From Bacteroides sp. (GTDB taxonomy: Bacteria > Bacteroidota > Bacteroidia > Bacteroidales > Bacteroidaceae), in contig NZ_DXVR01000001.1 of assembly GCF_019417265.1 (NCBI RefSeq), positions 9,018-73,017 on the forward strand: DNA of 64,000 nt, in the 5' to 3' direction. Below, in pieces: positions 62,437 through 64,000 of this stretch. Under the pieces are notes generated by a model, which worked only from the letters and a program-made list of their open reading frames with translations, was not told the DNA's origin and did no database searches. A program made the translations under genes and the position numbers. Position 1 is the first letter of the stretch. Each line of letters begins with the position of its first letter.

Positions 62437-63078
62437 TTATAGTTTCACACTATCCCTCAGCACCAACAGACTCTCCGGACCCATATTGAAGAGCAAATCC
62501 ACGATACTTAAATCCGGCTGGAATCCGTGTCGGGAGTCGAATACCTGATAGTATGGTACGGGACGATAGAATGAAGCCATATCTACGGCAGACTTCTTAG
62601 GATGTATTGCCTCACGCAAATCGAGAATGCCTTCGCCGGTATCCATATACCCCGTTGTAGGAACAAGTTCGGGTTGAATGTCTATCTGCTCGCACAGCCA
62701 CTGAGTGAGTTCCATATTGAAATCGTAAAGGAACTCATATTTTCTGTCAAAAAAGGCATTGAACTCGTCTACATAATAATCGAAGAAAGGGCTTTGCTTG
62801 TATGCAGCCACAAACGCATTGCGGTGGACGTGACGCCAATTGCCGTGTCCCGACACTCTGATATCCTTCATGGCACACTTGCCTTCGGATGATTTCTCCA
62901 CAGGTATGGTCAGTGCAAGAGGTCCGTCAGCCGAGGCTGTAACGCATCTGTTGCGGTATGTCTGCTTCATATAATGGTCATATCTTTCAATATAAGCTTT
63001 TCTGCAAGAATACAATGCTGCGAAATATGAAACCGGAGCCAGATATGCCGACCCGAGGATAATATCTTTACTTTCCAT
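62437..63078 (-). CDS. WbqC-like family protein
   Basis: KQTYRNRC, LTIPV, AYKQSPFF, YYQVF, LSIVDLLFNMGP. Confidence 0.88.
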   Translation of the reverse strand: MESKDIILGSAYLAPVSYFAALYSCRKAYIERYDHYMKQTYRNRCVTASADGPLALTIPVEKSSEGKCAMKDIRVSGHGNWRHVHRNAFVAAYKQSPFFDYYVDEFNAFFDRKYEFLYDFNMELTQWLCEQIDIQPELVPTTGYMDTGEGILDLREAIHPKKSAVDMASFYRPVPYYQVFDSRHGFQPDLSIVDLLFNMGPESLLVLRDSVKL

Positions 63079-63087
63079 CTTCTGTGT

Positions 63088-64000
63088 TTAATGAATTTTT
63101 TTCATGAACCGTTCCTTCTTCGAAGGATACCATATTCTCAATGCCTTGCCTATGATATGATTCTCCGGCACAAAGCCGAACAGGCGCGAATCGTTAATGT
63201 TTACAGGATCATTGGACACCATCCAGTAGTAATCCTGCAGGAATGTATATTCTTTCACCGGCTTGCCGTCTACATACACCGTGTCACCTTTCAAAGATGC
63301 GGCGCGTTTCTCATGGAAGGCTATCATATTGCCTATAAGGGCTGCATTCCATGGGTATATCTTTACCGGGGTCCCTTTCTGCGGAACCACAAAAGGATAT
63401 GCTTTACGGCTGTTTCCGGGATAAAGCGGTGCAAGTTTCACCTGCCGGTCAAGTCTTTGGGTTATGAGATAATGTTCGTAATAGCTGAAACTTCTGATAT
63501 AATTGCCCTCAGGAGTATATCCGGCTAACTGATTGTCGGTTATTCCTAAAGAATGTAACACTCTGTCCATTGTTTTTTCTCTTTCTGACGGATATGAATA
63601 AAGAGCTTTCGCATCAGGGCTGAACACATCTGTCCCTTCGGCCATAAGCTGACTGTTCAGCATCAGAGTGTCACCCGGAGTTCCTATACACCTGCTGATG
63701 TACAGTTCTCTACTGTCCACCGACAATGACGTATCGGCAGGCATGGGATTGTTGAATACCACGATATCACCCTGCCTGACTTCTGCAGGAAGCAACCTTT
63801 TATAGCCGAAAACCGACTGCAGAGGCACACGCCATCCGTAACTCCATTTGCCCACCAGGACTCCTTCTCCTCGGTAAAGTGTGTTCTCCATGCCTGAAGA
63901 AGGTATAAAACATGATGTGACAAACAGGGTTCTGACTATAATCACCGCCAGCACGACTATGACTATGACTCTGATATATGTCAGCCAGGGTTTCAAAAGG
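63088..64000 (-). CDS. Signal peptidase I (S26) paralogue with non-canonical active site; 5' end probably outside the window
   Basis: IPSSGMENTL, GDIVVF, YISRCIGTPGDTL, DSRLFGFVP boxes; the frame stays open to the window edge. Confidence 0.82.
   Translation of the reverse strand, partial: LLKPWLTYIRVIVIVVLAVIIVRTLFVTSCFIPSSGMENTLYRGEGVLVGKWSYGWRVPLQSVFGYKRLLPAEVRQGDIVVFNNPMPADTSLSVDSRELYISRCIGTPGDTLMLNSQLMAEGTDVFSPDAKALYSYPSEREKTMDRVLHSLGITDNQLAGYTPEGNYIRSFSYYEHYLITQRLDRQVKLAPLYPGNSRKAYPFVVPQKGTPVKIYPWNAALIGNMIAFHEKRAASLKGDTVYVDGKPVKEYTFLQDYYWMVSNDPVNINDSRLFGFVPENHIIGKALRIWYPSKKERFMKKIH

Overview
A 64 kb chromosomal window from a Bacteroidales gut-type bacterium (Bacteroides/Phocaeicola-like, judged from SusC/SusD, a hybrid two-component system and TAnnTTTG promoter elements). 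(1) 1-8.6 kb: an AT-rich surface-glycan locus around gltX. It encodes three Stealth-family phosphotransferases, a GT92/GT2-like transferase, a lipid A acyltransferase, a TupA-like ATP-grasp enzyme and a fucosyltransferase-like gene. That last gene is frameshifted at a G12 tract and flanked by a perfect 33-bp direct repeat. (2) 8.7-16 kb: housekeeping genes (7TM-HD phosphohydrolase, anSME, LMW-PTP, PHP phosphatase, priA). (3) 16.1-47.1 kb: a 31-kb host-glycan utilisation locus with GH2, one intact and one internally deleted sulfatase, 2x GH20, 2x GH29, 2x GH16, SusC/SusD and an HTCS. It also carries two paralogous fimbrillin-like/GLUG lipoproteins and an unannotated 54-aa YxxP peptide. (4) 47.2-64 kb: core genes (korAB, tRNA-Arg(CCT), kbl, threonine dehydrogenase, secDF, dcp, EEP, two rhomboids, an AAA/DUF4143-type ATPase, wbqC and a LepB paralogue lacking the canonical Ser/Lys dyad). 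Intergenic DNA holds several arrays phased at exactly 11 or 22 bp and a 96-bp inverted-repeat element present twice. All family calls come from motif recognition by eye; no searches were run.
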